From: a virus
Direction: 5' to 3' (one strand)
Virus record (IMG/VR): IMGVR_UViG_3300045119_000180
Location: 40,075 to 104,074 of that record
Length of the DNA: 64,000 bases
Shown here: positions 17,910 to 27,528 of the stretch, in pieces
How the letters are laid out: the number at the start of each line of letters is the position of its first letter
Numbering within the stretch: position 1 is the stretch's first letter
Program-made: the position numbers and the translations under genes
The notes under the pieces: generated by a model
The model's input: the letters and a program-made list of their open reading frames with translations, nothing else
Databases searched by the model: none
Told to the model about the DNA's origin: nothing

Positions 17910-18594
17910 ATCATGCCAGCGCGATAAATACGCCGGCTGCCATTGGGCAATTAGAGAGACGTATGCCAACACTCTGCCAGCTGGCGTAGATCTTTATTTT
18001 GTTATGGGCGGCCCTAGGATAGAACTGCCGTCAGAAATCTTAAAAGACGAATTATGGTTCGACGTAGACGACGGCTATTGGGAGCTACAGCCTAAAGTCA
18101 AATTGGCTTGTAAATATATAGTTGACAATAACTACGATTTTTGTTATTTTGCAGACACTGACAGTTATTTAATCGTGCAAGAATTGCTCAAATCCGGGTT
18201 CGAAAAGTACGACTTTTCAGGCGGCCATTTGTGCGGCCGTAATCACGGAGAGAATCAATTTGGCGTTAAATATCCGGCTTATAAAGACAGCCACGGAGCG
18301 ACATTGCCGCACCTTTATGTCTATCTGTCCGGAGGCGTAGGCTTTTTCGTGTCAAACAAGGCGGCTAAAGCATTGGCCGAGACGGATATGTACTTTCATT
18401 CAGAGGATGTCTGGGCCGGCCAAGTCATCGGCCCGTTTATAGAGCGTGGCGAGATGACAGCTAGTCTGCTGCCGTTCGTAGAGCATCATTCGGCCTGGCA
18501 TCTTAATTGTGGCTATTACGGCGGCGGACATACGGAACGGCTTAATGCCGGTGATGCAGTAAGGCGTAAGCATAAGGACCTTGGGTATATATAA
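17887..18594 (+). CDS. GT31/Fringe-like glycosyltransferase B (paralog of A)
   Basis: IRETY, FVMG, DDGY.EL.PKV, ADTDSYL, SGGVG, SEDVW. Confidence 0.75.
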   Translation: MKIAIVIKSCQRDKYAGCHWAIRETYANTLPAGVDLYFVMGGPRIELPSEILKDELWFDVDDGYWELQPKVKLACKYIVDNNYDFCYFADTDSYLIVQELLKSGFEKYDFSGGHLCGRNHGENQFGVKYPAYKDSHGATLPHLYVYLSGGVGFFVSNKAAKALAETDMYFHSEDVWAGQVIGPFIERGEMTASLLPFVEHHSAWHLNCGYYGGGHTERLNAGDAVRRKHKDLGYI

Positions 18595-18815
18595 TGAGTG
18601 AATTCATCGATGATGAAATCGAGCGGGCGGGATTGAGTATCAGTGCCCAAGCAGGGCAGTGGGTACGCGACAAGCTAGCCGAGGCGGGTATCAGCCAGGA
18701 AGAGATTGACCACATCATGCATGAAGCGGTTAAGGACGTGATTGTGTCGGCTGTATGTCCGTATTGTCAAGGATATAAGTTAACCCGCAAACCGTGTCCG
18801 TGTTGCGAAAGATAA
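18594..18815 (+). CDS. Small Zn-ribbon protein
   Basis: CPYC...CPCC; TAATG coupling. Confidence 0.55.
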   Translation: MSEFIDDEIERAGLSISAQAGQWVRDKLAEAGISQEEIDHIMHEAVKDVIVSAVCPYCQGYKLTRKPCPCCER

Positions 18816-18823
18816 AGGAGATT

Positions 18824-19624
18824 ATGCGCATCTTAGTTACAGGAAGTTCCAGCTACATTGCTTCAGGCGTTTTACCGCGGCTTTATAGGGCTTTTCCGAC
18901 GGCGCTGATCTCTTTATGCGATCTTAAGAACGGCCAGGATTTCGGCGAATTTAAAGGTCATCACTTCAACGTCGTACTACATATCGGCGCATTAAGTACG
19001 ATTGTCGACTCCGGTAGCAAGGCTGATTATATGCTGGACGTCAACGCTTTCCGAATCTTGAAGTTTCTACGTAATAACACGGTTGATAAAATCTTATTCC
19101 CGTCAACTGGAGGAGCTATTTATGGCAATAGGACGACGCCAGCTAAAGAGTCAGATGCTACTTGGAGCGGGTGTGTTAATCCTTACAGCCAGTCTAAGTA
19201 TATCGCTGAAAGGATTATTCGGGAATTATGCCACAATCATACGATTCTTAGGCTTGGTAACGTCTTTGGTGGTGATATGGATAGCCGGACAGAGGCGTTG
19301 GTTTTGACGCATTTTGCGCATGACAATCCAATTATTGTTTACGGTGGTGATCAGACCAGGGATTTCGTCCATCTAGACGTCGTTAGCGAAGCGTTCATTA
19401 AAGCTATCCAACTAGATGTCACCGGGACTTTTAATATCGCTAATGGCGAGTCTATCCGATTGATGGACCTAGCGGAGAAATTTTCGGCTTATCGTCAGGT
19501 GCCAATTGAAATGCGTCCGCACAGGCCTGAAGAGATGATTGATGTGGCGTTGGATGTCACGGCAGCCAAAAAGGCCGGATTGATTCCGAAGAAACAGAAG
19601 AACGATTATCTAGGGGTTCTTTAA
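18824..19624 (+). CDS. NAD-dependent NDP-sugar epimerase/dehydratase
   Basis: ILVTGSSSYIA (degenerate Rossmann), STGGAIYG, YSQSK (YxxxK), LRLGNVFG, GDQTRDFVH. Confidence 0.85.
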   Translation: MRILVTGSSSYIASGVLPRLYRAFPTALISLCDLKNGQDFGEFKGHHFNVVLHIGALSTIVDSGSKADYMLDVNAFRILKFLRNNTVDKILFPSTGGAIYGNRTTPAKESDATWSGCVNPYSQSKYIAERIIRELCHNHTILRLGNVFGGDMDSRTEALVLTHFAHDNPIIVYGGDQTRDFVHLDVVSEAFIKAIQLDVTGTFNIANGESIRLMDLAEKFSAYRQVPIEMRPHRPEEMIDVALDVTAAKKAGLIPKKQKNDYLGVL

Positions 19625-20238
19625 TGCCACAAACTTGGCCGCCTCAAACGGAATTGTGCGAATTAGCTACGAAATACGGTACAGATAAATACAATTGGCA
19701 TTCCTACACTCCACACTATCACCGCCTGCTTAACGACCGCCGCAACGAAGTCCGTAAAGTTCTGGAGATCGGTATTGGCGACCCGTCTAGTATGTCAGAT
19801 CCGACTGGCAAGCCTTACGTCCCCGGTGCCAGTTTGCGTATGTGGGCCGAATATTTCCCGAACGCCGAAATTTATTCTTTGGATAGTCAGGCTAATCTTC
19901 TGATCAACGAAGGCCGGATCCGTTCTTTCCAGTGCGACCAAGGCGACCGGCATAGTTTAGAAATGGCTATGCCAAAGCTAGGCGCGGGCTTTGATCTTAT
20001 CGTCGACGATGGCAGCCATGTTCCAGAGCATCAAGCGTTGACGGCTACAATGTACGTGCCGCTATTGGCGCCGAACGGCGTTTATATCATTGAGGACGTC
20101 TGGCTGTATCCCAGTCAGGTCGGTTGGTCCAAGGAGCCGTTCGGATTGAAACTGGAAGATATCCCGTATAAAACGGAAGTACTTTACGGCGAAGGCAATA
20201 ATGACGACAGATTGATTTTAATAAAGGCTGGCAGATGA
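19624..20238 (+). CDS. SAM-dependent sugar O-methyltransferase (MycE/ElmMI-like)
   Basis: GTDK..HSY, VLEIGIG, GASLRMW, DQGD, IVDDGSH, YIIED. Confidence 0.8.
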   Translation: MPQTWPPQTELCELATKYGTDKYNWHSYTPHYHRLLNDRRNEVRKVLEIGIGDPSSMSDPTGKPYVPGASLRMWAEYFPNAEIYSLDSQANLLINEGRIRSFQCDQGDRHSLEMAMPKLGAGFDLIVDDGSHVPEHQALTATMYVPLLAPNGVYIIEDVWLYPSQVGWSKEPFGLKLEDIPYKTEVLYGEGNNDDRLILIKAGR

Positions 20239-20414
20239 ATTGGCGTCTTAATGTAGCTAGTTTACTAGCGATTGTGTTAACACTTATTTATGGCTCAGGA
20301 TTGTGTTTTGCTGTAGCTCATAAAGATAAATTAGGAATTATGGTGTTCGGTGTTGCGGTCCTTATTTGTGGTTTTATGTCTTGGGCATCGGGTTTTGCAA
20401 GGCCAAAACCATGA
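20235..20414 (+). CDS. Small two-TM membrane protein (not in ORF track)
   Basis: 59 aa, MNWRLNVASLLAIVLTLIYGSGLCFAVAHKDKLGIMVFGVAVLICGF...; ATGA overlaps on both sides. Confidence 0.55.
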   Translation: MNWRLNVASLLAIVLTLIYGSGLCFAVAHKDKLGIMVFGVAVLICGFMSWASGFARPKP

Positions 20415-21289
20415 AAATCATCCAGTGCAACGACTGCAATCCGGAATTGATTCAACCTCAATATGCATCGTTTAAAAAGCATCTTCAAGACGACTTTCAA
20501 ATGGTTATCTGTAACAGTCTAGAGATGGCTAGAGACCCGCGAAAGTGCCAAGAAGTATTAGACGTATGTCATTTGTTAGGTATAGAAACTGTCCAGGCGA
20601 AACGCGACAAATCAATTGAACTGTATCGCAATACCAACTTTACTTACGGTAGCCCAGAGCCGTTCTTTTCTCCGGAAGGCCGCTTCTGGACGCCCGGCAA
20701 TGCCGGCAATTATCTTATGCAATGGTCATGGGAAAAGATCGTCTGCAAACTTAATGGTCCTATTTGCTATACGCATAGCGATGTCTTTCTAATCGAGCCT
20801 ATTAGATTTACAGACTATCTAAAAGACTATCAAATATGTTCAATTCTGCCGAATAAGCCAGCCCAAAAAGGTCATGGCTTTATGCAATATCTTTGGGAGC
20901 CGCTATTGTTGGTCGATATGGATAGGCTGCCCAGCCCGGAAACAATGATTTGGTGGCCTAGCGAAGTTGAAAACGAATGGACGGATACCGGAGGCAGGAC
21001 GTATTACTATCTACGTGACCATCCGGAATTAAAGGTTCTAGAATTAGGCCAGTCGAGCAGTATAATAGGCGATGCGCCTAATGACGACGATTTTAAGGAT
21101 CCGACAGTAGACTTTCATCCAACAAGATATCGCTTCATTCATTTCCCAGATAAACGGGCGTTTCATTATATGTCAGGGACCAGGTGGTGTACAGATTCGG
21201 AGCACGGGTGGAATTGGCCAAAAGAAAAGGCTGATGAATACCACCGACGAAAGATGGCTTGGACTCGTAAACTAGCAGGTATTGAATGA
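20411..21289 (+). CDS. Probable GT-A-like glycosyltransferase
   Basis: HSDVFLI (DxD-like), DTGG, FHY..G; located in the glycan cluster. Confidence 0.5.
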   Translation: MKIIQCNDCNPELIQPQYASFKKHLQDDFQMVICNSLEMARDPRKCQEVLDVCHLLGIETVQAKRDKSIELYRNTNFTYGSPEPFFSPEGRFWTPGNAGNYLMQWSWEKIVCKLNGPICYTHSDVFLIEPIRFTDYLKDYQICSILPNKPAQKGHGFMQYLWEPLLLVDMDRLPSPETMIWWPSEVENEWTDTGGRTYYYLRDHPELKVLELGQSSSIIGDAPNDDDFKDPTVDFHPTRYRFIHFPDKRAFHYMSGTRWCTDSEHGWNWPKEKADEYHRRKMAWTRKLAGIE

Positions 21290-22245
21290 ATGTAGCTCTT
21301 ATTGGCGCGGGTAAAATTGGTAGAATCCGGGCGGAAGTTATTCGTCAGTCTGAATCACGATTGGTGGCTGTTCATGATGCCAACGATATTGCTGCAGCTA
21401 AATTAGGTCTTCCGGTTTCTTTGGACTTTATTATGACGGCTAAAGACATTAATGCAGTCGTAATTTGTACGCCTACTAAATACCACATGCCTATCGCGGT
21501 ATCGGCGTTACACGCCGGTAAGCACGTTCTTTGTGAAAAGCCGCTAGGGCGGACATTACAAGAAGCTAAACTGGTAGTTCAAAATGTTTTGCCAGGGCAG
21601 ATTCTGCATTCCGGATTTAATTACCGCCATTTAAGCCATGTAAAACGAGCGAAGAAGATTATCGAAAGCGGCGTTCTCGGTGATTTGATGTTCTTTCGTT
21701 CCCGTTTTGGGAACGGCGGCCGACCGGGGTATGGAAAAGAATGGTGTACGCAGAAGGATCTTGGTGGTGGCGGCGTAACGATCGAGCAGGCAATTCATGT
21801 CTTTGATCTTATTTCGTTTCTTTTCGGAGACCCTGAGCGAATTGTAGCAAATATGGATCTTTGCTATCACGGTTTTCCCGATACTGAAGATAATGTCTTT
21901 TGTATGATTAAAACGTCTGGCGGTACAGCCACCGTGCATGTTAGCTGGACGCAATGGACGAATCTCTTTGAAGTAGAGATATTCGGCACAGAAGGTTATC
22001 TAAGGCTGGAAGGTCGTGACGGCTCTTATGGCCCGCCAAGGCTGTATCACGGCATCAGGAACGATGACCATACGCGGCCTTTCGAGCATGAAATTGACCT
22101 GCCGGATGAAAGTAGTTGGGCTTTAGACTGGGCTGAATTCGAACAAGAAGTAGAATCCGGAATTAATGGTGCGTATGGATTAATGGCGCAGCGAATGGTT
22201 GAAGCTGCTTATAAAAGTGTAGATAAAGGCTGGGTTAATATATGA
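21286..22245 (+). CDS. Gfo/Idh/MocA-family oxidoreductase
   Basis: GAGKIG, ICTPT..H, GKHVLCEKP, GFNYR, GGG....IH..D. Confidence 0.9.
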   Translation: MNVALIGAGKIGRIRAEVIRQSESRLVAVHDANDIAAAKLGLPVSLDFIMTAKDINAVVICTPTKYHMPIAVSALHAGKHVLCEKPLGRTLQEAKLVVQNVLPGQILHSGFNYRHLSHVKRAKKIIESGVLGDLMFFRSRFGNGGRPGYGKEWCTQKDLGGGGVTIEQAIHVFDLISFLFGDPERIVANMDLCYHGFPDTEDNVFCMIKTSGGTATVHVSWTQWTNLFEVEIFGTEGYLRLEGRDGSYGPPRLYHGIRNDDHTRPFEHEIDLPDESSWALDWAEFEQEVESGINGAYGLMAQRMVEAAYKSVDKGWVNI

Positions 22246-22877
22246 AAGCCTGGATAGTCGGAGCATCCGGAACAATCGGCGGTGCTATTGCGGATAGGTT
22301 TCATAACGAAGGCGTTGAGGTCTTTAGGAAAAAGGTGGAAATAACGGATTATTATGCCATATCATCAACGGCTAATGCCGTCCGACCCGACATTGTAGTT
22401 AACTGCGCAGGCGTTTATATTTACGGAGCTTTTGGCGGTTCTATATTAGATTGGACGAGTGTTATAGATGTAAATCTTACAGGTAGTTTTCATCTTACTA
22501 GGGCTGTTCTGCCTAACATGCTTGCTAAAGGTGGTGGAAAGATTATTCACCTATCAGGCGGGGGTGCTGCTTATGGTCGGCGGCTTTATTCTGCCTATGC
22601 GGCCTCAAAAGCTGGCTTGGTAAGGTTCGTGGAGTGCGTAGCCGAAGAAGTTGAACAATTTAACGTCCAGATCAATTGTATCGCGCCAGGCTCTGTTAAG
22701 AGCAAGATGAATCCTAAAGGCACTGAAACGCCTCAAAAAGCTGTCGAGCTGGCAATGTATCTAGCCTCGCCTGAATCGAGTCACGTAACCGGCCGGTTAA
22801 TACACGTCAACGAAGACTATAGAAATAAGACTGTTTGGGGCGACGAAGACGGCAAGCTTCGAAGGATGCCTTTATGA
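22242..22877 (+). CDS. Short-chain dehydrogenase/reductase
   Basis: GASGTIG, VNCAG, YAASK, NCIAPG. Confidence 0.9.
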   Translation: MKAWIVGASGTIGGAIADRFHNEGVEVFRKKVEITDYYAISSTANAVRPDIVVNCAGVYIYGAFGGSILDWTSVIDVNLTGSFHLTRAVLPNMLAKGGGKIIHLSGGGAAYGRRLYSAYAASKAGLVRFVECVAEEVEQFNVQINCIAPGSVKSKMNPKGTETPQKAVELAMYLASPESSHVTGRLIHVNEDYRNKTVWGDEDGKLRRMPL

Positions 22878-23167
22878 AAGAATGTAATAGCCAGCCTGTA
22901 CTCAAAAGCTGCCCTGAGTGCCAGAGTAAGAAATTGACGTACGGTGGGTATGGGAATACCTTGCTCGGATGTTATAGTCCACCGGGACACGACCACGACA
23001 ATAATTGTAAAATACATTATTGGAAGTGCGAAAATGGGCATGATATCAGGGAAAGACAGATTAATGTTTGCCCGGCTGAAGGGTGCAATTGGACATCTGG
23101 ACAAGATTGTTTTTGCTCCCCTTTAGGCGCGTGGATAGCTAAAATGGGTCCAGGGATGTATCAATGA
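22874..23167 (+). CDS. Cys-rich hypothetical protein
   Basis: ATGA overlaps on both sides; multiple Cys/His. Confidence 0.5.
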   Translation: MKECNSQPVLKSCPECQSKKLTYGGYGNTLLGCYSPPGHDHDNNCKIHYWKCENGHDIRERQINVCPAEGCNWTSGQDCFCSPLGAWIAKMGPGMYQ

Positions 23168-24141
23168 TAATTGTCAAAAGTCCGATGCGGATTACACTTG
23201 GTGGAGGCGGTACGGATCTGCCGTCGTATGCTGACAAATACGGAAGTTCAGTCCTTTCTGCAGCTATAAATAAATACGTTTATGTCACGGTTAACGAATC
23301 GTTCCGTAATCGAATTACGCTGAAGTATTCAAAGATTGAAGACGTTCAAACACCGGACGAAATCGAGCATCCGGTTATTAAAGCAGCTTTGAAGTTTTTA
23401 AAAATTGATGGCTCAGTCGACATTGACAGCATTTCAGATATTCCCGCAGGAACGGGGCTCGGTTCGTCCGGTAGTTTCACGACTGCACTTTTACAGGCTC
23501 TTCATTTGTTTAAGCGGGAAACAATAACCAAATGCCAATTGGCGGAGCAAGCCTTTCATATCGAACATGACATTCTTAATCAGCATTGCGGTCGACAAGA
23601 CCAATATATTGCCGCTGTCGGGGGTTTGACCATCCTCCGTTTCGGCTTAGATGATATTGGTTATAGGCCCTTGGACATAAGCCGAGAAACTTTAGCTAAT
23701 CTAGAAGAAGGGCTGATGCTTTTCTTTACTGGTTACTCCAGATTGGCCACTGGTATTCTTAGTGAGCAGGACATTAGATTACAGCAGGACGACGCCAGAA
23801 TAACCGAAAATTTGCATCAGATAAAGGATCTAGGAAGGGCTACTCAGATAGCATTAACGCACGGAGATCTCAACGAATTTTCCAATTTAATGCTTCATCA
23901 TTGGGATCTTAAACGGGTTCGTTCTACGGGTACTACCAATGACGAAATCGACAGATTGTACGAATTAGGGCTTGCAAACGGCGCATTAAGTGGTAAATTA
24001 GTAGGAGCAGGTGGAGGCGGCTTTCTATTGTTTTATACGGAAGATCGTCAAAGGCTTCGTTCAAGTATGCTTAAAGCCGGATTAAGAGAGGTCAGAATAA
24101 GATTCGATTTTGAAGGCACATCGATCGTGGCTCATATATGA
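23164..24141 (+). CDS. hddA: GHMP kinase, D-glycero-alpha-D-manno-heptose-7-phosphate kinase-like
   Basis: P.RITLGGGGTD, DIPAGTGLGSSG, GRQDQY, GKLVGAGGGGF. Confidence 0.8.
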   Translation: MIIVKSPMRITLGGGGTDLPSYADKYGSSVLSAAINKYVYVTVNESFRNRITLKYSKIEDVQTPDEIEHPVIKAALKFLKIDGSVDIDSISDIPAGTGLGSSGSFTTALLQALHLFKRETITKCQLAEQAFHIEHDILNQHCGRQDQYIAAVGGLTILRFGLDDIGYRPLDISRETLANLEEGLMLFFTGYSRLATGILSEQDIRLQQDDARITENLHQIKDLGRATQIALTHGDLNEFSNLMLHHWDLKRVRSTGTTNDEIDRLYELGLANGALSGKLVGAGGGGFLLFYTEDRQRLRSSMLKAGLREVRIRFDFEGTSIVAHI

Positions 24142-24359
24142 TATACTCAATATTTTTCGTCTTGTTTTGGTTAATATGTTATTTTCTTTCGTTCGGGTCG
24201 ATAGTCGCATATTTTGACGATCAGGATGGTGAATGGCCGGGTACAACTAAACGATACGCACTGGCAGTTGCGTGCTTGTTTAGTCTTTTCGGCCCGTTCA
24301 GTTTGTTTGTTATGTGGGTTCACGGAGATCTTTTTAAACACGGTTGGCGGCTGATATGA
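24138..24359 (+). CDS. Small two-TM membrane protein
   Basis: 73 aa, two hydrophobic segments; ATGA overlaps. Confidence 0.55.
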   Translation: MIYSIFFVLFWLICYFLSFGSIVAYFDDQDGEWPGTTKRYALAVACLFSLFGPFSLFVMWVHGDLFKHGWRLI

Positions 24360-25402
24360 TATTTACACGAAAATATCTCAACGAAGTGATAGAAATTAGC
24401 AGACAAATAGACGAAGATCAGATTACAAAGGCTGTCGATATCCTAGCCAACCTGCAGGGCCGGCTGTTCATATTGGGCGTAGGCGGCAGCGCGGCCAATT
24501 GTAGCCACGCCGTTAATGACTTCAGAAAGATCGCCAATATTGAGGCTTATGCGCCGACGGATAACATTGCGGAGCTGACGGCCAGGACGAACGATGACGG
24601 CTGGCCATCCGTCTTTGAGAACTGGCTAAAGGTTAGCAAGCTGAACAGTCAAGACGTTCTTCTAGTTCTTTCGGTCGGGGGCGGAAGCGCTACAACCAGC
24701 AAGAATCTCCTTCTGGCAATGGAGCTAGCAGTTGAAAAGAAAGCAAAGATCATTTCGGTTGTTGGCCGAAAAGATGGTGCGGCCGGCCGATTGTCGGATG
24801 TTTGCATTCTTATCCCTAACGTTTCAGAAGAACGAGTTACGCCGCATACAGAGTCGTTTCAAGCTATCGTGTGGCATCTTATAGTCAATCACCCGAAACT
24901 GAAGGCCGGACGGAAGAACAAAGCGGTCTTTCTAGACCGAGATGGAACGCTTAATGCGTTGTTTGATCAACGAGCCCCGAGGAATTTAAATGAGTTTCTC
25001 CTTTTCCCGGATGCTCTACCAGCGCTCAACGAATTAAAACAAGCTGGGTTTAAATTGATCGTGGTAACTAATCAACCAGACATCTCTCGCGGGGAAAACA
25101 CATCAGAAGCTGTCAACGCTATTAATCAAGAATTGATGAACAAATTGCCGGTTGATCATGTTTATCTGTGCTCTCATTCGGACGAGGATAACTGTTTGTG
25201 CCGAAAACCGAAGACTGGTATGTATACACTAGCTGTGGATAAGTACAATTTGGATATAACTAAATGCTATATGATTGGGGATACGTCGCGGGATGTAGAC
25301 GCGGGGTACAACGCCGGGTGTAAAAAGACATTTCAATTAAGAGACGGAATAAACTTAAAAAGAATTGTAAAAGAAATACTGAAGGATTCTAATGGACATT
25401 AA
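24356..25402 (+). CDS. Fused phosphoheptose isomerase (SIS, GmhA-like) and heptose bisphosphate phosphatase (HAD-IIIA, GmhB-like)
   Basis: GVGGSAANCSH, TARTND, ESFQ...H; then VFLDRDGTLN, VTNQ, CSH....C.CRKP, IGD...D. Confidence 0.85.
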   Translation: MIFTRKYLNEVIEISRQIDEDQITKAVDILANLQGRLFILGVGGSAANCSHAVNDFRKIANIEAYAPTDNIAELTARTNDDGWPSVFENWLKVSKLNSQDVLLVLSVGGGSATTSKNLLLAMELAVEKKAKIISVVGRKDGAAGRLSDVCILIPNVSEERVTPHTESFQAIVWHLIVNHPKLKAGRKNKAVFLDRDGTLNALFDQRAPRNLNEFLLFPDALPALNELKQAGFKLIVVTNQPDISRGENTSEAVNAINQELMNKLPVDHVYLCSHSDEDNCLCRKPKTGMYTLAVDKYNLDITKCYMIGDTSRDVDAGYNAGCKKTFQLRDGINLKRIVKEILKDSNGH

Positions 25403-26093
25403 AATCTTTGCTGACGGCGCCGATAAAAAGACGATTCTTGAACTGGCTAACAATCCTTTGATCCGTGGCCTGACGACCAATCCAACATTGATGCGCAAGG
25501 CCGGCATTAAGGACTATAAAGCGTTCTGCAAGGATCTTTTGCCCGCAGTCAGCCATCTGCCTATTTCCTTCGAAGTCTTTGAAGACAGCCCGTTGTTGAT
25601 CTACCACCAAGCCTTGGAGATTGCTTCGTGGGGCAGTAATGTCTACGTCAAAATCCCAGTAACAAATACTCAAAGACGCGAGATGTATCCGATTATTAAC
25701 CAACTCAGCCGAGAGGGTGTCAAGGTTAACGTCACAGCGATTATGACTCTTGACCAGGTTCTGGATTCTGCAGAAGCGCTGAGCCATTCAACGCCAAGTT
25801 ACATTTCGGTCTTCGCCGGTCGAATCGCGGATACCGGCAGGGATCCCATTCCGCGGATGGCTAAAGCGCTTAAGATCATCCGCGATATCAGCCCGCAGAC
25901 GGAATTGATCTGGGCCAGCCCTCGTGAAGTATTAAATATTGTTCAAGCCGATGAAATTGGCTGTGACATCATAACGGCTACGAAAGACATCCTGGATAAG
26001 CTGCCGCTTCTAGGTAAGAACCTTGATGACTATAGTCTCGACACCGTTAAGATGTTTTATAAAGATGCCCAAGAGTCCGGGTATAAGCTATGA
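25392..26093 (+). CDS. tal: Transaldolase (TalC/FSA short type)
   Basis: IFAD, GLTTNPTL, VYVKIP, VNVT, SVFAGRIAD, WASPR. Confidence 0.85.
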   Translation: MDIKIFADGADKKTILELANNPLIRGLTTNPTLMRKAGIKDYKAFCKDLLPAVSHLPISFEVFEDSPLLIYHQALEIASWGSNVYVKIPVTNTQRREMYPIINQLSREGVKVNVTAIMTLDQVLDSAEALSHSTPSYISVFAGRIADTGRDPIPRMAKALKIIRDISPQTELIWASPREVLNIVQADEIGCDIITATKDILDKLPLLGKNLDDYSLDTVKMFYKDAQESGYKL

Positions 26094-26905
26094 TTACTAC
26101 GATGCTTCAAGGGGGCATGAGTAATCAACAATTCCAATATGCGATGGGCTACGCTCGTGCCAAGGATCTAGGAGTCGAGTTGGAGTTGGACATCACTCTT
26201 CTGCAGAATGACAGGATGCGGAAATACTCAATGGGTCTGTGGGCCGGAGTTAAAGAGAATTTGACGTTTGGTAAGCGGTCGACAGTTAATGAAAGGCAGA
26301 TGCCTTACGATATAGATTTGGTGACGGACATTAAAGACGGCGATGTATTACGTGGATATTTTCAGGATGAGAGGTATTTTAAGCAGTATCGCAAAGAACT
26401 GTTGGAGATATTTCGCCCGAAGCAAATGCTATCTGATCGAGGGTTTGAAACAGTAAAGAAGATTTATCAAAAAGGGCACCAAAGTACTTTTCTTACTGTA
26501 CGCCGAACGGACTATCTTAATTCAGACTATCACGGTGTTCTGGACATGGCGTACTATTTAGAAGCTTGCCGGATAGTGGCTGAGCACGTTCCGCCATACT
26601 TCTTCGTGTTTTCTGATGAGCCCGAATGGTGCAAGAAGAATTTTCAAATCCCATATCCTTTCGAAGTAGTAGGAACGTATGACCAGACCAATCACGATCA
26701 TCTAGGCCGTGAAGACGAAGACTTGTGGCTGATGAGCCGCTGTAAAAACGCTGTGCTAGCAAACTCCTCGTTTTCATTCTGGGGTGCTTGGATGTCTCCT
26801 TACGATACAGAGAACCGCATGGTAGTTGGTCCTAAGAAATGGTTTGCCAACGCACCAGGGGTCGACTCTAGCGAAGTTATTCCGAAACGGTGGACGGCGA
26901 TATGA
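26090..26905 (+). CDS. GT11 alpha-1,2-fucosyltransferase-like glycosyltransferase
   Basis: GGMSNQQFQYA, GYFQDERYF, VRRTDY, VFSDE..W, ANSSFSFWGAW. Confidence 0.9.
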   Translation: MITTMLQGGMSNQQFQYAMGYARAKDLGVELELDITLLQNDRMRKYSMGLWAGVKENLTFGKRSTVNERQMPYDIDLVTDIKDGDVLRGYFQDERYFKQYRKELLEIFRPKQMLSDRGFETVKKIYQKGHQSTFLTVRRTDYLNSDYHGVLDMAYYLEACRIVAEHVPPYFFVFSDEPEWCKKNFQIPYPFEVVGTYDQTNHDHLGREDEDLWLMSRCKNAVLANSSFSFWGAWMSPYDTENRMVVGPKKWFANAPGVDSSEVIPKRWTAI

Positions 26906-27528
26906 GTTTTTACGATTTCCCTAAGCATCTTCTGGATCTACAGGCTAAACAGCACGAACGATATTGGCACGATGCCGGCAATTATATGCTTATCGGTCAA
27001 TTCAAGTTAGATCACGATAGTGTAGTTATAGATGTCGGAGGCTATAAGGGTAATTTTACCGCATCTATTCTCGATAAGTATAATTGTATAGTTGATGTAT
27101 ACGAGCCGGTTAAAACTTTTGCGGAAGACATCGAAAAACGCTTTTACGATAATAAATGGGTTACAGTTCACAATTATGCCTTAGAAGATCGCGACTATAC
27201 TGTTCCGATAGCCGGCATGGACGAAGGCAGCAGTATATTTTTTCCTTGCGATAAAGACGCCGAGAAAGTTGAAGTCCGCGATGTCGTTAAGGAGATATAT
27301 GGCGATGCGGATCTTCTAGCGCTGAACGGCGAGGGCTGCGAGTATCCGGTTCTGGAGCGGTTAATTGAAACCGGTAAGATTAAGGATATTAAAAACATTT
27401 TAGTTCAGTTTCATATCTTTGTCCCAGGTGCTGAAAATCGCCGTAATAAAATTAGAGAAGAATTAAACAAGACGCACAAGGAAATGTTCTGCTACGATTT
27501 CTGCTGGGAGGCCTGGACACTTAAATGA
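26902..27528 (+). CDS. FkbM-family methyltransferase
   Basis: VIDVGGYKG, YEP, NGEGCEY, VQFH. Confidence 0.85.
   Translation: MSFYDFPKHLLDLQAKQHERYWHDAGNYMLIGQFKLDHDSVVIDVGGYKGNFTASILDKYNCIVDVYEPVKTFAEDIEKRFYDNKWVTVHNYALEDRDYTVPIAGMDEGSSIFFPCDKDAEKVEVRDVVKEIYGDADLLALNGEGCEYPVLERLIETGKIKDIKNILVQFHIFVPGAENRRNKIREELNKTHKEMFCYDFCWEAWTLK

Noticed and set aside
15966-27528. Host O-antigen locus flanking a prophage
   Set aside because: Genes are interleaved with phage-type small ORFs and an EndoVII nuclease, coupled to phage genes on both sides, and lack wzx/wzy
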